Source: Turneriella sp. | Lineage (GTDB): Bacteria > Spirochaetota > Leptospiria > Turneriellales > Turneriellaceae | Reading direction: 5' to 3' | DNA length: 64,000 bases | NCBI GenBank assembly: GCA_965279515.1 | Contig: CBDIID010000003.1 | Location: 3,584,001-3,648,000, forward strand | Shown here: positions 1 to 8,274 of the stretch, one piece after another | Position numbering within the stretch: position 1 is the first letter of the stretch | Layout: every line of letters starts with the position of its first letter | The notes under the pieces: generated by a model | Seen by the model: the letters and a program-made list of their open reading frames with translations, nothing else | The model's database searches: none | What the model was told of the DNA's origin: nothing | Program-made: the position numbers and the translations under genes

Positions 1-693
1 AATTCTTCGGATTTTACCCTGGTTTCCTCGGCGCTGGACCCGACGAATTCTTATGTCGGAAAAATTCTCACCGACGATTCCGCGAATGCTTCCGATGCGG
101 GCGCGGCCGCGACCAATATCGCGGCGATTAGCGACTGGCTGAAATTCGCCAACGGCCTCAGGGGTTATGGTCTCGACGCGGCAGTCTTTCCTGCGGCGGG
201 CAATCAAGGCCGGTGCACCGCCGCCAATTGCCGCATCTGGGATTGGTCGCTGAAGGCAACGGACTCACAGTATCGCAATTTATTGCCCGTGCCGACAGGC
301 AACATGACTGCCGGGCATAAATGGAATGCCGCTACCCAACCGCAGTGCACGCAGCCCGGCGCTCAATGGATTGCCGCGAGTACCTGCGACAAGCCGCCGT
401 TTCCCGGCAACTCGACAACCTGCAGCGCCGCCGGCGGGACTTTAACCGCTTCCGCATGCCTAACGACCTTTTTGCGTAACGCCTATGAAATCATCGGCGA
501 CGGTATCGGTAATGAAAACGGCCTCTGCGAATCGAATGAGGCGTGTATTTATACTCCGAACATTGCTTCATACCAGGGCCACGGCAATCTGACCTGTATT
601 CGCGGGCCGGCCGAGTACGGCTGTGCATCCGCCTTTGTGGATGGCACGGTTAGCGGTGTCGTACTTTATCAGTACACGACGAACGGTTACTGA
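1..693 (+). CDS. C-terminal part of a large secreted Cys-rich surface protein (5' end outside window)
   Basis: Frame 1 is open from base 1 (NSSDFTLVSS...CRIWDWSL...) to TGA at 693; C-terminal motif NAYEIIGDGIGNENGLCESNEACIYTPNIASYQGHG. Confidence 0.75.
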   Translation, partial: NSSDFTLVSSALDPTNSYVGKILTDDSANASDAGAAATNIAAISDWLKFANGLRGYGLDAAVFPAAGNQGRCTAANCRIWDWSLKATDSQYRNLLPVPTGNMTAGHKWNAATQPQCTQPGAQWIAASTCDKPPFPGNSTTCSAAGGTLTASACLTTFLRNAYEIIGDGIGNENGLCESNEACIYTPNIASYQGHGNLTCIRGPAEYGCASAFVDGTVSGVVLYQYTTNGY

Positions 694-700
694 TTTCCCG

Positions 701-1264
701 TTAAAAAGCAAACCGTACTGTCGACCCGAGCCCCAGCCAGACTGAGACATTGAAGCCGCTGGTTTCAGAAAGATAATAACCGCCGAACTGTACCTGCGAG
801 ATCAGCTTCAGCGCAAACCAATCGTAATGGATGCGCAACGCGGTAGATAAGGTAAAATAAGGAGAATAAAAAGAACCTCTGAACTGGTAATGGACACTGT
901 CGTCTTTATCGATAATCGCGAGTGCGATGACAAGTGCCGTGAAAAAATCCATACCGAGTGTCGCTTCGGCCGAGATGTGCTCCAGAAACGGAAAGATCAC
1001 ACCGATGTGAAAATCGGGACGGTACTCCGAAACACTCTTCCAGGTGAGCGAACTTTGGCTGGTGCCGAAATAGACGTATTGCGAAGGGTAATAGTTGATC
1101 AGTAATCCGGTGGAAAGCGCCGGCTCCCAGGGCACAGTGGCCCACATGCGCTCGAAGCCGACTTCCAGCGAGGTTTCAGGAGGATGACCCTTTGAAAAAA
1201 TGACCTGCGGTATGCAAAACATTAGCGCAAAGACGCAGGCGGCGCGGCATGTTGGCAAATTCAC
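701..1264 (-). CDS. Hypothetical outer-membrane beta-barrel-like protein, paralog of the upstream gene
   Basis: Signal-like N-terminus, amphipathic strands, C-terminal Phe (TVRFAF); clear similarity to 1261..1836. Confidence 0.7.
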   Translation of the reverse strand: MNLPTCRAACVFALMFCIPQVIFSKGHPPETSLEVGFERMWATVPWEPALSTGLLINYYPSQYVYFGTSQSSLTWKSVSEYRPDFHIGVIFPFLEHISAEATLGMDFFTALVIALAIIDKDDSVHYQFRGSFYSPYFTLSTALRIHYDWFALKLISQVQFGGYYLSETSGFNVSVWLGLGSTVRFAF

Positions 1265-1836
1265 AATTTGAACCGGTACGTTGCTCCAACACCGAGCCAG
1301 GCCGAAGACCCAAGGCTGTCTCTGATGGCAACCGGGTAGCCGCCGTATTGCATCTGGGCAATGAGTTTCAGTGCGAGGGCATCCCAGTGCCAGCGCAGCG
1401 CTGTAGCAAAGTTCAGGTAACCGTCGTATTTGGCCGAACTGCTGCTGTAACTGCTACTGCTATTGTTTTGTACGCAATTTTTGTTACAAATGACGGCGAG
1501 AGCGAGAATTCCTGTCGTGACGAGGTCAATACCCATGGTAAATTCGGCAAAGAGTTGTTCGAGCAGGGGGATCGTCACGCCGATATGCACGTCGGGCCGG
1601 TAAGCAAAATCAGATCTGTTGTAACCGGGGCCGGTCGAGACGATATTCTGATTCGTGCCGATGTGGAATGCCCGTGAGGGATAATAGTTGAGGAGTAAGC
1701 CAGTGCCCGCAGTATCGGGCCTTGGGCTTGTCGGCGTGTAACGCTCGTAGCCGACCTCGAGCGATTTGCGGGGATAATATTCGTCGGCAAAGATGGTGCT
1801 TGTGAGAACGAGAGCCGCTATGACGCCGGGTTTCAT
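1261..1836 (-). CDS. Hypothetical outer-membrane beta-barrel-like protein
   Basis: Likely start MKPGVIAALVL at 1836, next to the upstream stop; shares SLEVG.ER, TGLL.NYYPS and YRPD.HIGV..P.LE with 701..1264. Confidence 0.7.
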   Translation of the reverse strand: MKPGVIAALVLTSTIFADEYYPRKSLEVGYERYTPTSPRPDTAGTGLLLNYYPSRAFHIGTNQNIVSTGPGYNRSDFAYRPDVHIGVTIPLLEQLFAEFTMGIDLVTTGILALAVICNKNCVQNNSSSSYSSSSAKYDGYLNFATALRWHWDALALKLIAQMQYGGYPVAIRDSLGSSAWLGVGATYRFKL

Positions 1837-1837
1837 G

Positions 1838-2923
1838 CTAATCCTCCAGTAATATTTTCTCTTTCGGCTTAGTCCAGGGCCGCACCGCGTAGGTTCGCTT
1901 GTCAATCTGAAATGCCCCGGCAGCACTGTTTTCATAACGCAGCAACAAGCGGTTTTCACCTTTCTCTTCGACGATTTCGCCGGAATATTTTGCCGCGTCG
2001 GTGCCGAAGCCCTGTGTGTGGATTTCCCCGTCGAAGACAGTCGTGCGGGCAAGGTAGATGATCGTATCAAGCCTTTCGGGAATATTCACCGTCATTGTCG
2101 CAGTGAGGTGGGCCATGCCGCGCTCATCCATTTCGCGCGTCAGCGCTTCGGCGGTATTGAGCATACCGCGCACCGCTACGATGGCAGCGGCCACCGCGGC
2201 GGTGATGTCGACACCTTTCGCTGTTTTTACCGGGTTTTTCACGAGATAAGCATAACCTTCTTCGCTGAGATCTGAGCGGATGCGGCGGTGGACGGCGTTC
2301 TTTTCGTTGTAATGTGCGAGGCAGCCGACGATCGCGCCACAAGCCGCGCGCGGGTCACGCCACTTGCTCTCACGCGTCTTGCCGATCGCCACACCGCCTT
2401 CTTCAAGGCGACCGACATGCGTCTTCAGGTCGAAATTGCAGAGCGCGTACGAAGCCGGATTTCCCAGGTAAATGCGTTCGCGCAAAAAATCGTCGATGTG
2501 GTGTGCCCAGGTAACATGCGCGAACGTCGCGCCGTCGTCGGTGCCGCCGCCCGTGGGGGCGAAGTCTTCGACTTTATATTCGCCGATTTCAGAGAGCGTA
2601 GCGAAGCGCGCCGCTACGGTCTGAATGTATGCAGTCGCAGCCTCGCCCTGGTGAATGCGGTCGCCGCAGTTGGTGTGCGCGAGCGTGGTGATGACGGTGG
2701 GCAGGCTGAAGTCGGCGCCGCATGCGGCGATGTCTGAAGTCGTGTCGATGCCGGCCAGCTGCAACTCGTCGCGCACCAGCTGCATACCCTTAACAAGGCT
2801 GTAGCGATCGCTGACGATTTCTTCAAAATAAATTTCGAAGGCCGGTTTCTCGAGGCCGAATTCGGCGCCGAGTTTCCAGAACGCTTCGATGCGTTTTTTT
2901 CCGGGCGCGGCTTCGAATTTCAT
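1838..2923 (-). CDS. Hypothetical protein; candidate LCIB/theta-type (beta-CA fold) carbonic anhydrase-like protein
   Basis: 361 aa ORF with motifs NCGD, THVG and ACGAI in the order of the Cys-Asp / His / Cys zinc ligands. Confidence 0.5.
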   Translation of the reverse strand: MKFEAAPGKKRIEAFWKLGAEFGLEKPAFEIYFEEIVSDRYSLVKGMQLVRDELQLAGIDTTSDIAACGADFSLPTVITTLAHTNCGDRIHQGEAATAYIQTVAARFATLSEIGEYKVEDFAPTGGGTDDGATFAHVTWAHHIDDFLRERIYLGNPASYALCNFDLKTHVGRLEEGGVAIGKTRESKWRDPRAACGAIVGCLAHYNEKNAVHRRIRSDLSEEGYAYLVKNPVKTAKGVDITAAVAAAIVAVRGMLNTAEALTREMDERGMAHLTATMTVNIPERLDTIIYLARTTVFDGEIHTQGFGTDAAKYSGEIVEEKGENRLLLRYENSAAGAFQIDKRTYAVRPWTKPKEKILLED

Positions 2924-2958
2924 GCCGTACCACCACGGCCGGCAGATTAGGCGTCAAC

Positions 2959-4107
2959 CTATCCCCACGCTTTGCGGTACAGGGAAAGCGCGTCGCTTTC
3001 GTTTACGGGCCGCGGGTTGTTGACGAGTAACCGCTGCTGCAGCATGGCATCGCGCGCCAGCATCGGCAGATCGTCTTCCGGGATTTTCAACTCACGTAAC
3101 GTTCTCGGTAAATTGACCGCATCAATCAGCGCGCTAATTTTGCGCAAGAATCCATCCGCCGAACTGTCGTCGCCTGTATGCGGATGCACTGCCGTGGAAA
3201 GTTCGGCATAGAGCGGCGCGGCGGCCTGCATGTTGAAGGCCAATACATGCGGCAGCATCAGCGAGTTCGAAAGCCCGTGCGAAATATGGTAGTGCCCACC
3301 GAGCGGATAAGCGAGCGCATGTACCGCCGCGACGGGTGCATTCGCAAATGCCTGGCCGGCAAGCATTGCACCGTATAGCATGTTGGAACGGGCCGCGAGA
3401 TTTTTTCCATCAGTCACGGCCGTGACGATATTTGCAGATAACAGCCGCAGTGCCTCGGCAGCCAAAAGATCCGAATAAGGATTTTTTTTGATCTTGCTGG
3501 TATAGGCCTCGATTGCATGCACCATCGCGTCGATGCCCGTAGCGGCTGTGACATGCGGCGGCAGGGCGAGAGTGAGCTCGGCGTCGAGCAGTGCGACATC
3601 GGGCAAGAGCTGTGGCGAAACAATACCGGTTTTTGTGGTTTCTCCGGTGGTGATAATGGCAATCGGCGTGACTTCAGAACCCGTCCCTGCAGTCGTCGGT
3701 ATTTGAATGAGCGGCAGGCGGTTCGTGCGCACATTGCCGATGCCATAGATTTCTGAAATGTTCTGCGGCGAATGCGCCAGCACCGCGATGACTTTCGCGA
3801 CATCCATCGAACTGCCGCCACCGAAGCCGATGACACCGTCGATGTTGACGTCACGCGCACGCGCAACAGCTTCAAGCACAATGTTTTCGGGCGGGTCGGC
3901 GACGACATCGCTGTAAATGGAATAGCGGATATCCCCCGCGGCAAGCGCTGCCATACAGGGTGCATGCAGGCCCGAGGCGAAGATGCCCGCGTCGGTGACG
4001 ACCAATGCGTGCCTGATGCCGAGCTCGCGGGCCAGGGCAGCGACCTGACGGACTGACCCCGGCGATGAGATAATCCGCCGTGTCGTCTGGAAGTCAAGAT
4101 GCGCCAC
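2959..4107 (-). CDS. Iron-containing alcohol dehydrogenase
   Basis: GGGSSMDVAK, IPTTAGTGSEVT, GIDAMVHAIEAY, HALAYPLGG and HGLSN motifs; probable GTG start at 4107. Confidence 0.93.
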   Translation of the reverse strand: MAHLDFQTTRRIISSPGSVRQVAALARELGIRHALVVTDAGIFASGLHAPCMAALAAGDIRYSIYSDVVADPPENIVLEAVARARDVNIDGVIGFGGGSSMDVAKVIAVLAHSPQNISEIYGIGNVRTNRLPLIQIPTTAGTGSEVTPIAIITTGETTKTGIVSPQLLPDVALLDAELTLALPPHVTAATGIDAMVHAIEAYTSKIKKNPYSDLLAAEALRLLSANIVTAVTDGKNLAARSNMLYGAMLAGQAFANAPVAAVHALAYPLGGHYHISHGLSNSLMLPHVLAFNMQAAAPLYAELSTAVHPHTGDDSSADGFLRKISALIDAVNLPRTLRELKIPEDDLPMLARDAMLQQRLLVNNPRPVNESDALSLYRKAWG

Positions 4108-4187
4108 GGCTTTGCCTTGGTTGTTTTTCGGGGGCGTCAAGTATCTATGCGGTTGACGCGCTGTGGAGCGGCGCCGGGGCTGTGTGT

Positions 4188-4625
4188 ATGAAATTTTGGG
4201 CTCTCGGGGCGGCACTTTTTTATGCCAGTGTTGTCGCCGCGGCAGACATCACTGCTTACCATCAGGAACATTTCGGTGAAATCACCTACAATAAATCCGG
4301 CGTCGCGCATATCGTAACGAAAGATGGCTGGGTTGCAATCAATAAGAAGAAACAGGTATTATACAAACCCTTCATTTACGATAACGGCCCCGACTATGTT
4401 CAGGAAGGCCTGCTGCGTTATGTCGAAAACGGAAAAATCGGCTTTGTCGACGAGGCCGGAAAAAAAGTGATCACTGCAGAGTATGATTTTGTCTCTCCCT
4501 TTGAAGGTGGTGTAGCACGGTTCTGTAACGGCTGTCGTGCCGTTGCAGTCGGCGAGCATCACCAGATGGACGAAAAAACCGGAACATGGGGACGAATCAA
4601 CAAACTAGGCAAAAAGCTGCCCTGA
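4188..4625 (+). CDS. WG (KWG) repeat-containing secreted protein
   Basis: Signal peptide; DNGPDYVQEGLLRY, GKIGFVD..GK.VI...YDFVSPFEGGVA and TWGRINKLG repeats. Confidence 0.85.
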   Translation: MKFWALGAALFYASVVAAADITAYHQEHFGEITYNKSGVAHIVTKDGWVAINKKKQVLYKPFIYDNGPDYVQEGLLRYVENGKIGFVDEAGKKVITAEYDFVSPFEGGVARFCNGCRAVAVGEHHQMDEKTGTWGRINKLGKKLP

Positions 4626-4633
4626 TATCTGTC

Positions 4634-5113
4634 GTGCTTTCCGACACGCAATTTAATGAGGCCTATCAGAAATACAGCCGTTCGACCTATGTCCGCGTCT
4701 ACCGCATCGTCAATAACGAGGCGGTAGCCGAAGAGATTCTGCAGGAGACATTCCTGCGATTTCTGGAAAAAGCCGATTCCGGGCGCCCTGGCGATTTCCG
4801 CACGTTCTTAATCCATATCAGCCATAACCTTGCGGTTGACTATATAAAGAAGAATGCGCGGGTGAAAAATGTCGAGGATTTCCCCGCAGAGGCTGACCGG
4901 CGCGATTTTGCCGGCGAGGCTGAGGCCCGGGTCATGCGTGAAGATATTCTTGCCCGCCTCGCCGCCGTCGATGAGAGATATCTCAGTATTTTTCTTTTGC
5001 GCGTGGACTATGAGATGACTTATGACGAGATTTCAACAACCCTGGGGATACCCAAACGGACGATGATGCGGCATGTCGAGAACCTCAAGAAGCTGATCCA
5101 GGACTTTTTATAA
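4634..5113 (+). CDS. ECF-family RNA polymerase sigma factor
   Basis: Region 2 (AEEILQETFLRF...FRTFLIHISHNLAVDY) and region 4 (FLLRVDYEMTYDEISTTLGIP); probable GTG start at 4634; followed by a FecR gene. Confidence 0.88.
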   Translation: MLSDTQFNEAYQKYSRSTYVRVYRIVNNEAVAEEILQETFLRFLEKADSGRPGDFRTFLIHISHNLAVDYIKKNARVKNVEDFPAEADRRDFAGEAEARVMREDILARLAAVDERYLSIFLLRVDYEMTYDEISTTLGIPKRTMMRHVENLKKLIQDFL

Positions 5114-5120
5114 GGAAAAA

Positions 5121-5147
5121 TGGCACCATAAATGCACACTTTGCGTA
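5121..5147 (+). promoter_or_regulatory. Putative ECF promoter TGGCAC-N17-CGTA
   Basis: TGGCAC 5121-5126 and CGTA 5144-5147, 15 nt before the FecR ATG; same spacing at three other gene starts. Confidence 0.65.
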
Positions 5148-5162
5148 TATTACTCCGATCGG

Positions 5163-6104
5163 ATGGATGAACGCGATCTAAAAGCAGCCGCTGTCGAAAA
5201 CCTTCTGGGTGAGAAGGCCGGCCCCCCTACGGCCAATCCCTTCGCCGCAAAGCTGGGCGCCGCGTTTGCTAAAAAAGAACCCGGGCGCCTGCCTGACTTT
5301 GAAAAGATCCGTAGAAACGTACTCGCCCGCCGTGATGCGGCGGAGGCCGATCGTCGCCGTTTCCGCCGTATCTGGGTGCCTGCCGCGGCGGCCGCAACCG
5401 TACTGATCATCGCCGGCTCGTTCCTGATACGCCCATATCTGAGTCAGCCCACCCCCGCGGTAACCGCGCAGGCGATAGAGATACCCAAGGGCAAGGCAGA
5501 AAAACTTCGCCTGGAAGACAGCCTCGCCATGCATGTACGCTCTGCGGGCGGTCTGACCCGTACCCTCAATGGCAACGCATTGACGCTTAAGGCTGCGACG
5601 ATGTCGGCACTTTTTGATTTTGAACCGAACGACCGCCTGCGTGCGGTAAAAATTGAAACGCCCCGCGCCACGTTTTCGGTAATTGGCACACGTTTTATTA
5701 TCCAGGCAGACGGCGACACGGCTTTTCTCGCCGTTGAATCGGGTGCGGTGCGTGTGAACGCCGCGGGTAAGGAATATGTGGTGCGTGGCGGCGAGTTCTG
5801 GTCAGAAACGAAAGCTGTACAAAAGACGGGCAAGACCGGGGAAAATGGGCGCAAGCTGTTTCCGGCATTTATTACGGAACGCGATCCTGCCGGGCTTGTG
5901 CGGGCCATCGCCGCAAAAACAGAAACCGCACCGGCGCCGCGCGGTGGTAAACGTGTTGTGGTTACGCTGAAATCGGGCACGGTAGTGAGTGGCATTCTGA
6001 TCTCGGAATCAGCAGAGGGTGTCGAAATGCGCGCCGCTGCTGCCGGTAACCAGGTTCTGCGTTTTACCAAGGACGAGATCGCGGGAATACAATACCCCAA
6101 ATAA
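5163..6104 (+). CDS. FecR-domain anti-sigma factor with small C-terminal beta domain
   Basis: Single TM helix; FecR signature IETPRATFSVIGTRF...AVESGAVRV; adjacent to the ECF sigma gene. Confidence 0.85.
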   Translation: MDERDLKAAAVENLLGEKAGPPTANPFAAKLGAAFAKKEPGRLPDFEKIRRNVLARRDAAEADRRRFRRIWVPAAAAATVLIIAGSFLIRPYLSQPTPAVTAQAIEIPKGKAEKLRLEDSLAMHVRSAGGLTRTLNGNALTLKAATMSALFDFEPNDRLRAVKIETPRATFSVIGTRFIIQADGDTAFLAVESGAVRVNAAGKEYVVRGGEFWSETKAVQKTGKTGENGRKLFPAFITERDPAGLVRAIAAKTETAPAPRGGKRVVVTLKSGTVVSGILISESAEGVEMRAAAAGNQVLRFTKDEIAGIQYPK

Positions 6105-6155
6105 AGGGTTATTGACGAGGCCTTCCGGGTGTCTTAACGTCCGCTTAGGCGGCCT

Positions 6156-6863
6156 GTGCGATCGATCATAGCTGTAGTGATATTTTCTCTGGGTTCGGCT
6201 TATGCGCTGGAAACCGGCGGCCGGTATGATTTTTTTTGCGACCATGGGCAAGATATCATGAATGCGGAGCTCGTCGGCGAAGATGAGACGCGTTATTTTG
6301 TTAAACTTTCCGCATCAGTAAACCGCCTGGCGATTGAAAAGAAAAATGTTTTGCGGACAGACCTCAAGGCGCGCCCGCCTGCGGCTGCGGAACCTGTGAA
6401 GGCCCGCGCCTTTTCCGTGGCGCTCATCGGTGGCATGGGTTTTGCGACGGGGCGGCTCGCCGAGTTCTCTTCGGTAACTCCCGCAGTCACACTTTACGGT
6501 GCCTACCGGCTAAAAGAGCGCTGGGATATCATCGCGCGCGGGGATTTCATGCGGTTTGCGAATGGCGATGCATCGCTGCGGCCGGTGCTTTTTTCCGCGG
6601 GAATGAGTTTTCATCTGCCCTGGCGTTTCAGGGAAATCCGTTTTTCTTCAGGGCTCAGCGCGGGTGCGGCCTGGCTTTATGCAGTGGCGGATGGACTTAA
6701 AGAGCAAAGCCTGACACCCGCAGCGATTATCTGGTTTGCCGCCGAGCGTAGCTTTACGGATCGTATCTCGGCCACGACCTTCATCGATGTTTCTTACATC
6801 TACGACCGGCAAACTTTCGTGCTTATTCCAGCAATCCGCCTGGGTGTCAGTTACCAGCTATGA
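6156..6863 (+). CDS. Outer-membrane beta-barrel protein with small N-terminal domain
   Basis: Signal peptide, Pro/Ala linker, amphipathic strands, ends LGVSYQL. Confidence 0.7.
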   Translation: MRSIIAVVIFSLGSAYALETGGRYDFFCDHGQDIMNAELVGEDETRYFVKLSASVNRLAIEKKNVLRTDLKARPPAAAEPVKARAFSVALIGGMGFATGRLAEFSSVTPAVTLYGAYRLKERWDIIARGDFMRFANGDASLRPVLFSAGMSFHLPWRFREIRFSSGLSAGAAWLYAVADGLKEQSLTPAAIIWFAAERSFTDRISATTFIDVSYIYDRQTFVLIPAIRLGVSYQL

Positions 6864-8233
6864 AGACCGGCCTGCGTTTGTTTTCGCTTTCGCTGGCGGT
6901 ATTTTCCTGGAGCTGCGACGGCCTCGCCGTCACGCGTTTTCTCGATAGTGCGGCGAGTGTCCGTATTTCCGTGACGGTGTCGGGCCTATTGGGTTCGGGC
7001 CTCGTACTCTCATCAGGATCAGAGTCACTCGCGGTAGCGGCCGACAATACCTATACGTTTGCGGTTCGTTTCCGCAAGAAACACTCCTACGCCATTCAGG
7101 TGGTATCGCACCCCGTGAACCCGAACCAGTATTGCTCGGTGGCCGGGGGCCGCGGTGTTGCTGGTGACGGTGATCTGACGCTGAGTGTGAGCTGTGTACC
7201 TGGTTCGGCAGCCGGTCCGATGGTGGCGGGAACGATCATTCGTCCCTTGAATATTTCAGGGAATGCCGATCTGGTTCTTGGCGAGGTTTTTGCGGGCAGC
7301 ACTGGCGCGAGCGCGTCTGTCGACGGCGTGGGTTCAGCTGCACGTTTCTCTTTGCCGACGCATATGGTCACCGACGGTATCTATATTTACCTGCAGGAGT
7401 CGAACCCTGCTGGCACGCTGCGCCGTATTGCGATTGCCACGCGCGAGGTGACGACCCTCGGCGACAGCGGCGGCAGCGATGGGATAACCACCGATGGCCT
7501 CTACCTCTACTTTGCAAACTACAACAATTGCACGGTGCGCAAAACAAGCATTGCCAATTTTAATATCACTGTGCTTGCGGGCGCCGATAATGTCTGTGCT
7601 TTTAACGACTCGCCGACGGGATCTGCTGCCCGCTTCAATAATCCGCTGGCGATTACGCATGACGGCACCTGGCTCTATGTCGCCGATTATTCCAACAGGC
7701 GCATCCGCCGCGTTGATCCGGTGACGGGTGCAACCACAACCTTCGCGGGTACCGGCGCGGCGACGAGCACCAATGGGCCGGCGGCGACTGCGACTTTTCT
7801 GCTGCCGCACGGTTTGACGTATCATGCGGGTAAACTTTATGTCACCGAAAGCGATCCCACGGCGCAGTGGGTGCGCACGATCGATCTGAGTGCAGCACCT
7901 TACAATGTCACAACCTTTTCGGGTACCGGAACCTGGGGTTGCGTCGCCGGGGCAGCCGGTGTGGCCCAGTTTAAGAAACTGCGCAACCTCATCAGTGACG
8001 GCACGTATCTCTACGCTACGGACAAAGAGTGTTATAATATCTGGCGGATGGATCTCAGTAACGGTTCGGCCACCGCGCTTTCAGGCTGGGAGACCAGAAC
8101 GACGACGGCCATCGGCACGGGCGGGGGTCTGGCAGGTACGGCAGCGTTCCGTGAGCCGATGGGCATCACCGCAGACGGCACCTACCTCTATGTGACAGAC
8201 GCTTCAGATTATATTCTGCGCCGTATCGAATAA
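6860..8233 (+). CDS. NHL-repeat beta-propeller surface lipoprotein
   Basis: Lipobox-like FSWSC; Ig-like segment; repeated ARF..P.GIT.DGT.LYV.D units; ATGA overlap with the upstream gene. Confidence 0.85.
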   Translation: MKTGLRLFSLSLAVFSWSCDGLAVTRFLDSAASVRISVTVSGLLGSGLVLSSGSESLAVAADNTYTFAVRFRKKHSYAIQVVSHPVNPNQYCSVAGGRGVAGDGDLTLSVSCVPGSAAGPMVAGTIIRPLNISGNADLVLGEVFAGSTGASASVDGVGSAARFSLPTHMVTDGIYIYLQESNPAGTLRRIAIATREVTTLGDSGGSDGITTDGLYLYFANYNNCTVRKTSIANFNITVLAGADNVCAFNDSPTGSAARFNNPLAITHDGTWLYVADYSNRRIRRVDPVTGATTTFAGTGAATSTNGPAATATFLLPHGLTYHAGKLYVTESDPTAQWVRTIDLSAAPYNVTTFSGTGTWGCVAGAAGVAQFKKLRNLISDGTYLYATDKECYNIWRMDLSNGSATALSGWETRTTTAIGTGGGLAGTAAFREPMGITADGTYLYVTDASDYILRRIE

Positions 8234-8234
8234 T

Positions 8235-8261
8235 TGGCATCGCTGCGCACCTGTTTTCGTA
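8235..8261 (+). promoter_or_regulatory. Putative ECF promoter TGGCAT-N17-CGTA
   Basis: TGGCAT 8235-8240, CGTA 8258-8261, ATG at 8275. Confidence 0.65.
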
Positions 8262-8274
8262 CAGACCTGTAGCG

